A DNA stretch of 46,044 nucleotides from Zavarzinella formosa DSM 19928 (GTDB lineage: Bacteria > Planctomycetota > Planctomycetia > Gemmatales > Gemmataceae), in contig NZ_JH636440.1 in NCBI RefSeq assembly GCF_000255705.1, positions 623,915-669,958 of the forward strand. The letters are read 5' to 3'. Below, piece by piece: positions 9,381-18,572 of the stretch. A program made the translations under genes and the position numbers. Every line of letters begins with the position of its first letter. The stretch's first letter is position 1. The notes under the pieces are model-generated. The model was not told where the DNA came from, did no database searches, and was given only the letters and a program-made list of their open reading frames with translations.

Positions 9381-9519
9381 GAATGAATCGGTCTGGGACC
9401 AGAGTACTCCGCACGCTCCGCGTGCGGACGGGACTTTGACCCGTTTCATCGTCCGGCCACAGGGCAAGCCCCGACCGCACGCGGAGCGTGCGGAGTACTC
9501 TGGTCCTCGACCGTTCATT
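9381..9519. repeat. Family-2 palindromic element (MITE/REP-like), copy 1
   Basis: Arms ggaccagagtactccgcacgctccgcgtgcgg and ccgcacgcggagcgtgcggagtactctggtcc. Each arm also contains the self-palindrome ccgcacgctccgcgtgcgg. A second copy lies at 32139-32289. Confidence 0.75.
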
Positions 9520-9533
9520 CTTTCCGCCCGTTC

Positions 9534-11504
9534 TTAGTTCGAGTAAAACACGGTGCTTTCTTCCTTCACCACCGGCTGCTTGAGCTGGTCGCAGGAGAGT
9601 TGCACTTTGCAACGCAGATCCCCTTGCGTCAGACCCTTCGCCTTGATCCGCAACACCACGTCGGCCTTCACGGCCAGCCGCGGGATGGCCTCAAACGTGA
9701 CCGTCTGGCCGGCCGAACTGTGCTTCACCGGGCCGGTCACCGAAGTGATGGCCAGGCCCTCGGAGAACGCGGACGCCAGCCGGATGTTCGTCAGCGGACA
9801 AGTCCCCTGATTGAAGATCCGAATCTCGTAGGTCACTTCCTTGTTCACCTCGGCCGGGTTGTCGAGGTTCACCACTTCAAAGTTCAGCGCCGGGACGCCC
9901 TCCACCTGCACCACGGACTCCCCTTCGGCCTTCAACGACTTCATGATGGTCGATTGGGCAATTGCCCGCACCGCCAGTCTCCCGGCGACGGAAGCCCGCA
10001 GTTTAAGCGTTACAAGCTTCTTGCCTCCGGCGGCCAGCGGCCCAAAGTTCCAAGTCACCGTCCGCGTGCCCGGTTCGTAGTTGCCGGCGTCGCTGGCGGA
10101 GACAAATTCCAATCCTTCCGGGAAGGAGGCGGCGGCCAGCGTGCCCGGCGTGATCGCATTGCCGGGATTGGTGATCTCCAGCGTGAAGGTCGGTTCGCCC
10201 CGCACCATCGCCCGGCCGGGGTTGACCACTCTCAACTCCAGCAGCGGTTGTTGCACCATCACATTGCACTTGGTCACGCTTGCTTTGCACGATTCCCCGG
10301 CGACCATCAGCTCGCAAGTTTGCATCCCCGGTTTCACGGCTATTGTGTGCAGTTCCACAGATCGCGTCTCCCCGGCGGCAAGGCTGGGCAATTCCGCCTC
10401 GACGGCCGTTCCCATTTTCTGGGCGGCATGTTGCAACCCGGCGGGCAGCAAAATGTGAATCTTCACCTTGCTGGCGGCGCCGGTTCCCTCGTTCTTCACC
10501 TGAATGTTGAAGGAGACTTTGTCGCCGAACAGCACCGCCTCCGGGCCGGTGATGCTCGCGGCCAGTTTCGGCCGGGTGATCTTGATGACGTTGTTCGTCG
10601 CTGCGGTGTGGGTGACTTTGGGAGAAGTTTTGAAATCGTCTTCCCCCGTCGGCTTCACATTTACCCTGAGGCGCTTCTCGCCGTTGACAGCCAGATCGCC
10701 CAGGGAATAGCGCAGTGTGTTGAGGGAAACATCGGCCATCGGCTCGCCGCCGAGATAACGAGTGCCAACCGGAAGTTCTTCCTCGACACGCACCCCCGTG
10801 ACGGGCACCGGGCCGTTGTTCTTCACCACAATTTCGTAGCTGGTATCCTTGCCTAATCCGGCCGATTCCGGCGTGACGGTTTCGATGCTCACACCGGCCA
10901 TGATGCGATTGCCCGGCAGCCCTTGCGGTGAAGAATTCGGCGCCGGATTGACGGGGCCAGCCGGTTCGACGGGCGGTTCAGTCCTCACCGGCGTCGGCGG
11001 CTTCGCGGGAACCACGGGCCGGAGTTCAAAGGGCGCCGGTTCCGACACGGCGGGTTTCACCTCGGGCGGCTTCGGGGCGGGCGGCGTTAATTCGGGAGCC
11101 TTGATCGGGGCCGGAACCGGCAGCGAGGCGGGTTCCGGTTTCGGCGGCGTGTCGAGGCCGGGCGGCTTGGGGATGGCGGGTTTGATTTCCGGCATCGGAA
11201 GCTCAAGCAAGGAGGGGTCGATTTTGGTGGGCGCCCCTTCGAGCGGCGGCGGGGGCGGCACCACGGGATCGAGGTCGCCCATGAGAAGTTCCGGGCCGGG
11301 CTTCGCGGGCACCCCCACGGCGCTCGGACGGCTCGGCGTGGATTGCGCCTTGCTAAACGTCATCGGCAGGATGTCCGGACCCTGCGGGGCGGCGGCCTTC
11401 CCGCCATACGGCGATGGCGCCGGTTGGGCCGTCACACTGACGAGACTGATCCCCAGCACGGCAATCACGCCCGCGGCCAGCGTGGCCAGGTGAAGTCGTC
11501 GCAT
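9534..11504 (-). CDS. Secreted DUF11 (conserved repeat domain) protein with a Pro-rich N-terminal region
   Basis: Signal peptide [29 protein letters not shown] long P-rich linker is followed by repeated DUF11-like units ([19 protein letters not shown]; [21 protein letters not shown]; [14 protein letters not shown]; [18 protein letters not shown]). Confidence 0.8.
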
Positions 11505-11617
11505 GGTCCCCTTCCCCCTTCATCCTTGAATCCGAACGCGACCCGCCGTGCTTCCCCCCGGAAGCGAAATGCGTCGTTGCACTCCGTGGCGAGTCGTCCC
11601 CCTTGTACCCCTGCTGT

Positions 11618-11953
11618 TCAACCGGCGGGCGGCGGGTATTTCACCGCGTTCTTCACCAGCTTGCGGGCAACCGCGTCGCTGATGTCGATGCCCGAATGCA
11701 CGCCGAACAGCATCACCAAGTTGCAGACATCCGCCAGTTCATCCGCGATGGCCTCCCGGCTCTCCGGGCTCTGGCACACGGCATACGACTCCTCGGCGGT
11801 GAGCCAGCGGAAATGATCGCACAACTCGCCGACTTCGCTGGCGATGGCCATGCAAAGATTCTTCGGCGAGTGGTACGGTTCCCAGTGGCGTTGGGTCGCG
11901 AAGGAGCGAATTGCTTCCTTCAACGACTCCACCGTGGTGGTCGCGTCCGGCAT
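11618..11953 (-). CDS. MazG-like nucleotide pyrophosphohydrolase domain protein
   Basis: 111 aa with EVGELCDHFRW and ADELADV (EExxE/D-type metal-binding helices), the all-alpha NTP-PPase fold. Confidence 0.8.
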   Translation of the reverse strand: MPDATTTVESLKEAIRSFATQRHWEPYHSPKNLCMAIASEVGELCDHFRWLTAEESYAVCQSPESREAIADELADVCNLVMLFGVHSGIDISDAVARKLVKNAVKYPPPAG

Positions 11954-12137
11954 GTCTGGTCAACTTTGGTGTTTCATCCCGACCAAGCGCCCGTGCGATG
12001 TTTCCCCCATGCACAGACATTCCGTCGAGACTCGCGAGGCTTATAACCGTCCTTCATAATTTGTCAATCGAGAAATGGGCGTCTGATTGATGAATTCATG
12101 AAGATTGGGCGGGGAAATTTCGCATGTTGGGAAGTGA

Positions 12138-12258
12138 GCTGTGAAGCCGCGACGCGAAGGCTTTGCACGACGGAGCGAGTCTGGAGATTGTTGCCGAAGA
12201 GAGTGAGTTAAGGACTTGGGTAAGATCGCACAAAGCCTTCGTGTCGCGGCTTCACAGC
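12138..12258. repeat. Family-4 palindromic element, copy 1
   Basis: Arms gctgtgaagccgcgacgcgaaggctttg (12138-12165) and caaagccttcgtgtcgcggcttcacagc (12231-12258). There is one G-U-compatible mismatch. Copy 2 is at 27335-27470. Confidence 0.75.
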
Positions 12259-12276
12259 GAGTTCGTCCCAAAAGTT

Positions 12277-12434
12277 GATTAATGCAAAATCAACAGATAT
12301 TTTGTGTGAGATCATCAAGAGCCCCACTGCGTGAGCGGTGGGGGTGTTTTCAGTGTGTGACGGCCACCCCCACCGCTGACGCAGTGGGGCTCTTGAATTC
12401 ATTTGCAAATGTTGTTGCTTGATTTTGCATTAAT
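12277..12434. repeat. Family-1 MITE-like element: terminal inverted repeats plus a central 30-bp hairpin
   Basis: TIRs gattaatgcaaaatcaa (12277-12293) and ttgattttgcattaat (12418-12434). Central stem aagagccccactgcgtgagcggtgggggtg / cacccccaccgctgacgcagtggggctctt. Related copies are at 1-37 (partial), 31948-32098 and 38597-38676. Confidence 0.8.
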
Positions 12435-12507
12435 TAGAGTGTGAGAAACGGGCCATTGGCCCAATTTGAATGGCAGGCTGACGGGGAAGCGAGGCGTTCT
12501 TTTTCGG

Positions 12508-12705
12508 TCACTTCTTCCATTTGCCGGAGGAAATAATCAGAACCCCGACGATGCCGAGGATGATGACCGTCATCACGACGCCGTCTTGGTCGGCAAGGAA
12601 TCCCGCCCAGTATTTTTTGAAGCCGTACCAGAATCCCGACGCGTAAGACGGCGTGGGAAGGAGAAGCCAGAGAAAAGCCGTGAACAAACTCAGGTAGCGA
12701 AACAT
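12508..12705 (-). CDS. Small secreted/membrane protein (hypothetical)
   Basis: 65 aa, ATG at 12705. The N-terminal signal-like segment is MFRYLSLFTAFLWLLLPTPSYA and the C-terminal TM is VVMTVIILGIVGVLIISS. It sits at the distal end of the tad gene string. Confidence 0.35.
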   Translation of the reverse strand: MFRYLSLFTAFLWLLLPTPSYASGFWYGFKKYWAGFLADQDGVVMTVIILGIVGVLIISSGKWKK

Positions 12706-12793
12706 GATGCACCACGTTGCCCGTCAAGGGTGTCAGCCAAACCAAGGGAAACGGGGGGACAGCCAAACGGCGCCCCTCGCTTCCCCATTTCAA

Positions 12794-13489
12794 TCACATG
12801 CCAGGAGCCGAGGAACCACCGGCGCCGGGAGTGCCCGTCGGCGCCCCGCCCGGACCCGATGAAGGGATCGGGGCGCCATACGCTCCGACTCCCGCTCCCG
12901 AGCCGCCCGGAGTGGAAACCGGCCCGCCCACGGCGCCAATCGAGATCCGCTGCTTCGGCGAGGGCACGACCAGTCGCGGGGCGGCGCCATTGATGCCCGG
13001 ATAAGCCGGGTCGTGAATCTCGACGTTGATCGTGGACGGCGACCGGCCGCTCAGGGTCGAGGACATATATTTCTGGATGGCGACCACCCGCTTGGAATCC
13101 AGGTCGCCCCGCTTGGTCACATAGTCCGAGGGCTTCTCGGCGTCATACGGGATGTCCCGCGTGGTTTGCAGATAAATCACCGGGTCCGGGGCCGGCCGTC
13201 GTCGGGCCAGTTGATCCAGCTTGTCCATCCCGGCGGCGTTGATCCGGTCCGATCCCGCGTCGAAATGCATGTTCCAGATCGTCTGATCCAGAATATGCCC
13301 GTTCATCACCTGGGGTTCAAACTGGGCCACCTGCCGCTCCCGAGCCTGGGAGGCGTAGCGGTCCGGCCAGCACGGGTCGGCCACGCATTCATACACGCTT
13401 CCCTTGTCCCCTCCGTGCATGCATCCCGAGGAGGCAGCCGCGCCGAGACCCATCACCCCGCACAACATTCCCTTGATCATCCGGTTCAT
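12794..13489 (-). CDS. Lipoprotein of unknown function at the distal end of the tad locus (possible pilus-assembly accessory lipoprotein)
   Basis: Lipobox GLGAAASSGC. An AGGAGG Shine-Dalgarno lies 5 nt upstream of the ATG at 13489. The C-terminus is Gly/Pro-rich and low-complexity. Confidence 0.6.
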   Translation of the reverse strand: MNRMIKGMLCGVMGLGAAASSGCMHGGDKGSVYECVADPCWPDRYASQARERQVAQFEPQVMNGHILDQTIWNMHFDAGSDRINAAGMDKLDQLARRRPAPDPVIYLQTTRDIPYDAEKPSDYVTKRGDLDSKRVVAIQKYMSSTLSGRSPSTINVEIHDPAYPGINGAAPRLVVPSPKQRISIGAVGGPVSTPGGSGAGVGAYGAPIPSSGPGGAPTGTPGAGGSSAPGM

Positions 13490-13570
13490 CGTTCCCTCCT
13501 TGGAACTGAGACCACTGGTTTCTGGTCTTCGGCCAAAGATCCGTCGGTTCTTCAGCTTGAAACCAGCGGA

Positions 13571-14527
13571 TTATCCGCCTTTCAGCAGACCCTTCGAGAT
13601 TTGAATCGACGCGGGGCCCACCAAAACCACGAAGATTGCGGGGAAAATAAACAAGACGAGGGGAAAAATCAGTTGCACAGCCGTTTTTGCCGCCTTCTCT
13701 TCCGCAATTTGCCGCCGCCGCGTCCGCATGGAGTCGGATTGAACCCGGAGAGCCTGGGCAATGCTGGAGCCGAACCGGTCGGCTTGGATCAGGATCGCGG
13801 CCAGCGCCTTCATGTCGTCCACGCCGGTTCGCACGCCGAGTTCGTGCAACACTTCCCGGCGCGGCCGGCCCATTTGCAATTGCATGTTGGCCAGTTCAAA
13901 CTCTTCCGAGATTGTTTTCGCATGTTCCCCCATTTCCTCCGTGATTTTTCTCATGGCGGCGTCAAGACCCAGCCCGGATTCGACGCAGACCACCAGCAAG
14001 TCCAGCGCGTCCGGCATTGACAGGAAGATTTTCTTCTGCCGTCCGGAGACGATCAGGTGCAGGGTAACCTGAGGCAGATAGAAGCCGAGCGATCCGCAGA
14101 TCACGATGTAAATCAGGGCTTTTTGGGTAAAGCCGGATGTGTACAGCATCACCCCGGCCGACGGGATCAGGAAGATGGCGAGGCTCAGCACCCGCAACCC
14201 CTGATAGATCATCGGGGCGTTGTCGCTTCGGAACCCGCCGTTCACCAGCTTGAGTTTAAGTTTGTTCTTTTCAAGATCGGACTGGCCTTCCATTGCCCCG
14301 CCAATCTGGGCGATGGCGTCCTTCAGCCCGCTGAAGCGCTGCCGACGGTCATCCATGTCATCCATGTTTCCGGCCGACTGGGGCCGGCTGAGCCGGTCGA
14401 GCCGGTCCACGGCGATGTTGGACCGCTTGGAAAGGACAGTCATCAACGCCCACGCCCCGACGACAATCGCCCCGAAGACGATGATCGGAGTCAGTTCCGT
14501 GATGGAGAAGGCAAACAGGGGAATCAT
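13571..14527 (-). CDS. tadC: Flp pilus assembly inner-membrane protein TadC (T2SS-F family)
   Basis: GspF/T2SS-F-like domain with multiple TM helices (SITELTPIIVFGAIVVGAWAL..; IFPLVLFIFPAIFVVLVG). It is in operon order after tadB. Confidence 0.9.
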   Translation of the reverse strand: MIPLFAFSITELTPIIVFGAIVVGAWALMTVLSKRSNIAVDRLDRLSRPQSAGNMDDMDDRRQRFSGLKDAIAQIGGAMEGQSDLEKNKLKLKLVNGGFRSDNAPMIYQGLRVLSLAIFLIPSAGVMLYTSGFTQKALIYIVICGSLGFYLPQVTLHLIVSGRQKKIFLSMPDALDLLVVCVESGLGLDAAMRKITEEMGEHAKTISEEFELANMQLQMGRPRREVLHELGVRTGVDDMKALAAILIQADRFGSSIAQALRVQSDSMRTRRRQIAEEKAAKTAVQLIFPLVLFIFPAIFVVLVGPASIQISKGLLKGG

Positions 14528-14670
14528 GGTGAGGTCTCGGAGGCCCTTGCGGGCCGGCTATGAGCTATGAGCCGTGAGCCGTGAGCAAATCACGTCACCG
14601 CCCGGCAATTTACGTCACTGATCGACTGGCGCCGTCCGTCTTTGTTTTTCCGGCTCATGGCTCAAAGCCC
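14528..14670. repeat. Conserved structured intergenic spacer inside the tad operon (copy 1 of 3)
   Basis: Shares gggccggctatgagc(c/t)atgagccgtgagcc ... tcatggctcaaagccctt with the spacers at 15640-15779 and 17157-17299. It contains the inverted repeats gagccatgag / ctcatggctc. Confidence 0.7.
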
Positions 14671-15639
14671 TTAAACCTTGATGTCCACAATCTTCTTGAT
14701 CGCATAAGAGCCGATAAGCATGAGGATGATGGCCCCGCCGCTCATCTGCTGGCCCAGTTTGTCCGTCCACAGCAACTCGATGTAGTCGGGCTTCATGTGG
14801 AGCATCATCAGGAACAGGCCGATCGGCATGGCGATCAGCACGATCCCGGAGAGCCGGCCTTCCGCCGTCAGGGCCTTCACCTGGCCGAGAATCTTGAAGC
14901 GCTCCCGGATGATGTGGCCGATCCGGTCGAGGATTTCGGCCAGGTCACCCCCGGTTTGCCGTTGGATGTTCACGCTGGTGACGAAGAACCGAAGGTCCAG
15001 GTTCGGCACGCGGTCGCACAGGTTTTGCAGGGAGTCTTCCATCGTCATCCCGAGGTTTTGTTCCTCATAGACGCGGGCAAACTCCTTGCTGATCGGCTCG
15101 GGCATTTCGTGGGCCACCACATGGAAACCCGAGGCCAGCGAGTGACCGGCCCGCAAGGCGCGGGCGACGAGTTCCATCGCCTCCGGCAGTTGGGCGGCGA
15201 ATTTCTTGAGCCGCGAGGCCCGCTTAAACCACAGCCACATGAACGGCAGGCCGAACATGATGAGGCCGCCGATCGGGGAGGCGTAGATGTTCACCATCAC
15301 GGTGCTGATCATCGCCCCGACGAAGCCGAAGGCCATGGCGATGCCGAACAGGACGCTGGGCTGCATCTTGAGGTCGGCCTGCTCGAACATCTTGGACACC
15401 TTGAAAAATTCCGGTGTCAATTTTTCGAGCAGATTGGCCTTGCCCACTTCTTGAAGAGCCTGTTTGATCATGAGATCCGTGGACGAATCGGCCTTGCGAT
15501 TCGACCGGCCGACGATGGCTTCCAAGCGTTCGCTCGCGGCCCCGTCGCCGCCATAAAACTTGGACAGCACAAAGCCGACGATCGCGACCACGCTGGTCAC
15601 GCCGACAAAGGCCAGAAAGCCCAACATGTACGGATTCAT
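14671..15639 (-). CDS. tadB: Flp pilus assembly inner-membrane protein TadB (T2SS-F family)
   Basis: GspF-like domain with TM segments (MLGFLAFVGVTSVVAIVGFVL; IVLIAMPIGLFLMMLHM). Confidence 0.9.
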   Translation of the reverse strand: MNPYMLGFLAFVGVTSVVAIVGFVLSKFYGGDGAASERLEAIVGRSNRKADSSTDLMIKQALQEVGKANLLEKLTPEFFKVSKMFEQADLKMQPSVLFGIAMAFGFVGAMISTVMVNIYASPIGGLIMFGLPFMWLWFKRASRLKKFAAQLPEAMELVARALRAGHSLASGFHVVAHEMPEPISKEFARVYEEQNLGMTMEDSLQNLCDRVPNLDLRFFVTSVNIQRQTGGDLAEILDRIGHIIRERFKILGQVKALTAEGRLSGIVLIAMPIGLFLMMLHMKPDYIELLWTDKLGQQMSGGAIILMLIGSYAIKKIVDIKV

Positions 15640-15779
15640 GATGCAACTCTTGAGGGCCCTGCGGGCCGGCTATGAGCCATGAGCCGTGAGCCAAACCAGC
15701 CACGGCGTGTTTTTGTCACTGTTCAATGCCCGTCCTGGCTTTGCTCATGGCTCACGGCTCATGGCTCAAAGCCCTTCAA
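15640..15779. repeat. Conserved structured intergenic spacer inside the tad operon (copy 2 of 3)
   Basis: gggccctgcgggccggctatgagccatgagccgtgagcc ... gctcatggctcacggctcatggctcaaagccctt. Confidence 0.7.
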
Positions 15780-17156
15780 TCAATCCCGCAGCAGCACTCG
15801 TTCGGTGAACATGTTCGCGGGCAGCTTGACGCCCTTGGTTTCCAGCCGGTTCACGAAGGTCGGCCGGACGCCGGTGGCCTCGAACTGGCCGTAGGCCCGG
15901 CCGTTTTGATCCACGCCCAATTGCTTGAAGCGGAAGATTTCCTGCATGATGATGACGTCTTGTTCCATGTTCATCACTTCCGTGATGCTGGTGATTTTCC
16001 GGGGGCCGCCCTGAAGGCGGTTCGCCTGGATCACCAAGTCCACGGCCGAGGCGATCTGTTGCCGCATGGCCTTCATGGGAAGTTCAAAGCCGGCCATCAT
16101 GATCATGGTTTCGAGGCGGGACATGCCGTCCCGCACACTGTTGGCGTGCAGCGTGGTCATCGAGCCGCCGTGGCCGGTGTTCATGGCCTGGAGCATGTCG
16201 AGCGTTTCGCCGCCGCGACACTCTCCGATGATGATTCGTTCGGGCCGCATCCGCAGGGCGTTCTTCACCAAGTCGCGGGTCAGCACGGCGCCCTTGCCTT
16301 CAATGTTCGGCGGCCGGGTTTCCAACCGCACGACGTGGTCTTGTTGAAGCTGAAGTTCGGCCGCGTCTTCGATGGTCACGACCCGTTCGTCGTGCGGGAT
16401 GAAGCTGGAAAGCGTGTTGAGCAGCGTCGTTTTTCCGCAACCCGTCCCGCCGGAGATGATGACGTTCAGCCGGGCCTTGATGCAGGCCTCCAGCAGCATC
16501 GCCATCTCGGGGCTGAACGCCTTGTAGTTCAACAAGTCTTCGAGCTTCAGCGGCGTGGCGCCGAAACGCCGGATGCTCAAGGAAGCCCCGTCGAGGGCGA
16601 TGGGGGGGATGACCGCGTTCACACGGGAGCCGTCCGGCAACCGGGCGTCGCACAACGGGCTGGTTTCATCCACCCGCCGGCCGATCTTGGAGACGATGCG
16701 GTCGATGATCTGGAGAAGATGGTCGTTGTCGCGGAAGACCACTTCGGTCTTTTCGAGCTTCCCGCGACGCTCAACGTAAATTTTCTTGGGGCCGTTCACG
16801 AGGATGTCCGAGATGGTCGGGTCCTTCAGGAGCGGTTCGAGGGGGCCGAAGCCGAGTGTTTCGTCGAGGATTTCCTCGATGAGTTTTTCCCGCTCCATCC
16901 GGTTGAGCAGCGGGTTTTCGGTGTCGCAAAGATGTTCGATGACGCGACGGATGTCTCGCCGCAGTGCCTCGGAGGTCAGGTCCTTCACGCGGGAGAAGTC
17001 GAGCCGTTCGACGAGCTTCGCGTGGATCTGCTTTTTCAGTTCCTCGAAGTTCTTCGTGCCGGCCGCCGATTGTCCGTTGTTGCTGACGCTCAGCCCCCGG
17101 ACGCTCGACCCGTTCATGTTGTTGAGCTTGGAAAGCCCTTGTTGCAAACGCGACAT
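15780..17156 (-). CDS. cpaF: Flp/Tad pilus assembly ATPase CpaF/TadA (type II/IV secretion NTPase)
   Basis: Walker [18 protein letters not shown], Asp box, Walker [15 protein letters not shown], His box [16 protein letters not shown] at 17156 (MSRLQQG). Confidence 0.93.
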   Translation of the reverse strand: MSRLQQGLSKLNNMNGSSVRGLSVSNNGQSAAGTKNFEELKKQIHAKLVERLDFSRVKDLTSEALRRDIRRVIEHLCDTENPLLNRMEREKLIEEILDETLGFGPLEPLLKDPTISDILVNGPKKIYVERRGKLEKTEVVFRDNDHLLQIIDRIVSKIGRRVDETSPLCDARLPDGSRVNAVIPPIALDGASLSIRRFGATPLKLEDLLNYKAFSPEMAMLLEACIKARLNVIISGGTGCGKTTLLNTLSSFIPHDERVVTIEDAAELQLQQDHVVRLETRPPNIEGKGAVLTRDLVKNALRMRPERIIIGECRGGETLDMLQAMNTGHGGSMTTLHANSVRDGMSRLETMIMMAGFELPMKAMRQQIASAVDLVIQANRLQGGPRKITSITEVMNMEQDVIIMQEIFRFKQLGVDQNGRAYGQFEATGVRPTFVNRLETKGVKLPANMFTERVLLRD

Positions 17157-17299
17157 CGTTGAAACTCTTGGTGAAGGTCTGGCCCTTGCGGGCTGGCTCC
17201 GGGCTTTGGGCCGCGAGCCATGAGCTAAACCGGGTTCAGCCCGGCGATTCGTCACTGTTCAAACGCACAGTCGTCCTGGCTTGATGTCTGGCTCAACGC
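17157..17299. repeat. Conserved structured intergenic spacer inside the tad operon (copy 3 of 3, most diverged)
   Basis: Shares ggcccttgcgggc ... gagccatgagc ... tcgtcactgttcaaa ... gtcctggct with copies 1 and 2. Confidence 0.6.
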
Positions 17300-18496
17300 T
17301 CAGCTTCCAAACCATCCCCGCTTCTTCGCGGCCTCGGCGACGGGGGTTCGTCCCGTCAACGCCTGCGCCAAGCCTAGCACACTTTGGTGAGCGCGGGATT
17401 TTGGAGAATGTTTGATGAGAGGCATGCCGGCCACGCGGGAGCCGATCATCGCCTTGGAGTCGTTCGGAATCTGCCAGAAGATCGGCTTGCCGATGACCTC
17501 CTCGGCTTTCTTCACGGTGATGCCGTCCTCCATGTGCTCGGAGCCGGTGCGGTTCACCACCACGCGGATGCGGTCGCCCAGATCCCCTTCCATGCTCAGG
17601 GAGTGGATCAATCGGACGACGTTGCGCAGGCTGCTGAGTTCCAACTGGCAGACGAGCAGGATGGTGCTTGACATCCGCAGGGACATCAGGTCCGTGGGGA
17701 GCAGGCCCTTGCTCAAGTCCGCGATCAGGTGGGTGTAGCTCATCTTCACCAAGTTGAGGATGCGCTCGATGTGTCCCTCATGGATGCCGGAAATTTCGTG
17801 CAATTCAAGCGGATGGCGAAGGATGGACAATCCGGTGTCGGGGTGTTTGACCAGTGCCCGCCGGAGGTAGTTCATGTCCAGTCGTTCAATGTTTCGGGCC
17901 AGGTCGCCCATGCTGATGTTGTCGTTGCCCGGCAGTTCCACCGCGATGTCCGCGTCCCCCATCGCCAGGTCAAGGTCGATCAGGGCGACGTTGTTTTCCG
18001 GCCAGGAGGCGAGGGCGGCCGCCAGGTTCACCGCAATGCTGGTGCAACCGATGCCGCCGCGCGAGCCGAGCACGCTGATAATCTGGCCGTTGGCCTTCTG
18101 GGCATTGGGCAGGCCGGGCCGTTCGGCTGTTCCCGGCACTTCGTGGAGGGCTTTGCGGAGGGTGGTGACCATCGCCTCCAGCGAAGGCGGATCGGTGAGG
18201 AAGTGTTTCGCCCCGAGCTGGAGCGACTGGAGGAGGACCGTGCTGTCCGAGCTGATGGTGATGATCGACAGCTTGGGGTATTCCGCCCCGAGCTGGCCGA
18301 TCATGGCCAGAGCCTTGGGTTTGTCGCCGTCCAGGGCCACGATGGCGAGATCCGGCGTGGACTGCTGAACCACGTCAAAAAAGTATTCGTACCGGGCGCA
18401 TTCCGCCTCAAGCCAGACGAAATCAACCCCCAGCAACATGGTGCGGAGGGATTCACGGCTGGCCTCGTTCGGATCAACAATCGCGATGCGATGCAT
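17300..18496 (-). CDS. cpaE: CpaE/TadZ: N-terminal receiver-like domain plus a ParA/MinD-type ATPase
   Basis: N-terminal REC-like segment (IAIVDPNEASRESLRTML..DLAIVAL). The deviant Walker A VLGSRGGIGCTSIAVNLAAAL is MinD/ParA-like. Position in the tad operon is consistent. Confidence 0.85.
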   Translation of the reverse strand: MHRIAIVDPNEASRESLRTMLLGVDFVWLEAECARYEYFFDVVQQSTPDLAIVALDGDKPKALAMIGQLGAEYPKLSIITISSDSTVLLQSLQLGAKHFLTDPPSLEAMVTTLRKALHEVPGTAERPGLPNAQKANGQIISVLGSRGGIGCTSIAVNLAAALASWPENNVALIDLDLAMGDADIAVELPGNDNISMGDLARNIERLDMNYLRRALVKHPDTGLSILRHPLELHEISGIHEGHIERILNLVKMSYTHLIADLSKGLLPTDLMSLRMSSTILLVCQLELSSLRNVVRLIHSLSMEGDLGDRIRVVVNRTGSEHMEDGITVKKAEEVIGKPIFWQIPNDSKAMIGSRVAGMPLIKHSPKSRAHQSVLGLAQALTGRTPVAEAAKKRGWFGS

Positions 18497-18572
18497 GGTG
18501 TCACCAAAAGGCTTTCAAAACGTGGCCGCCCGGCGGGTTTGGGCCAAACCCGCCGGGAAACCCGATCAATCA

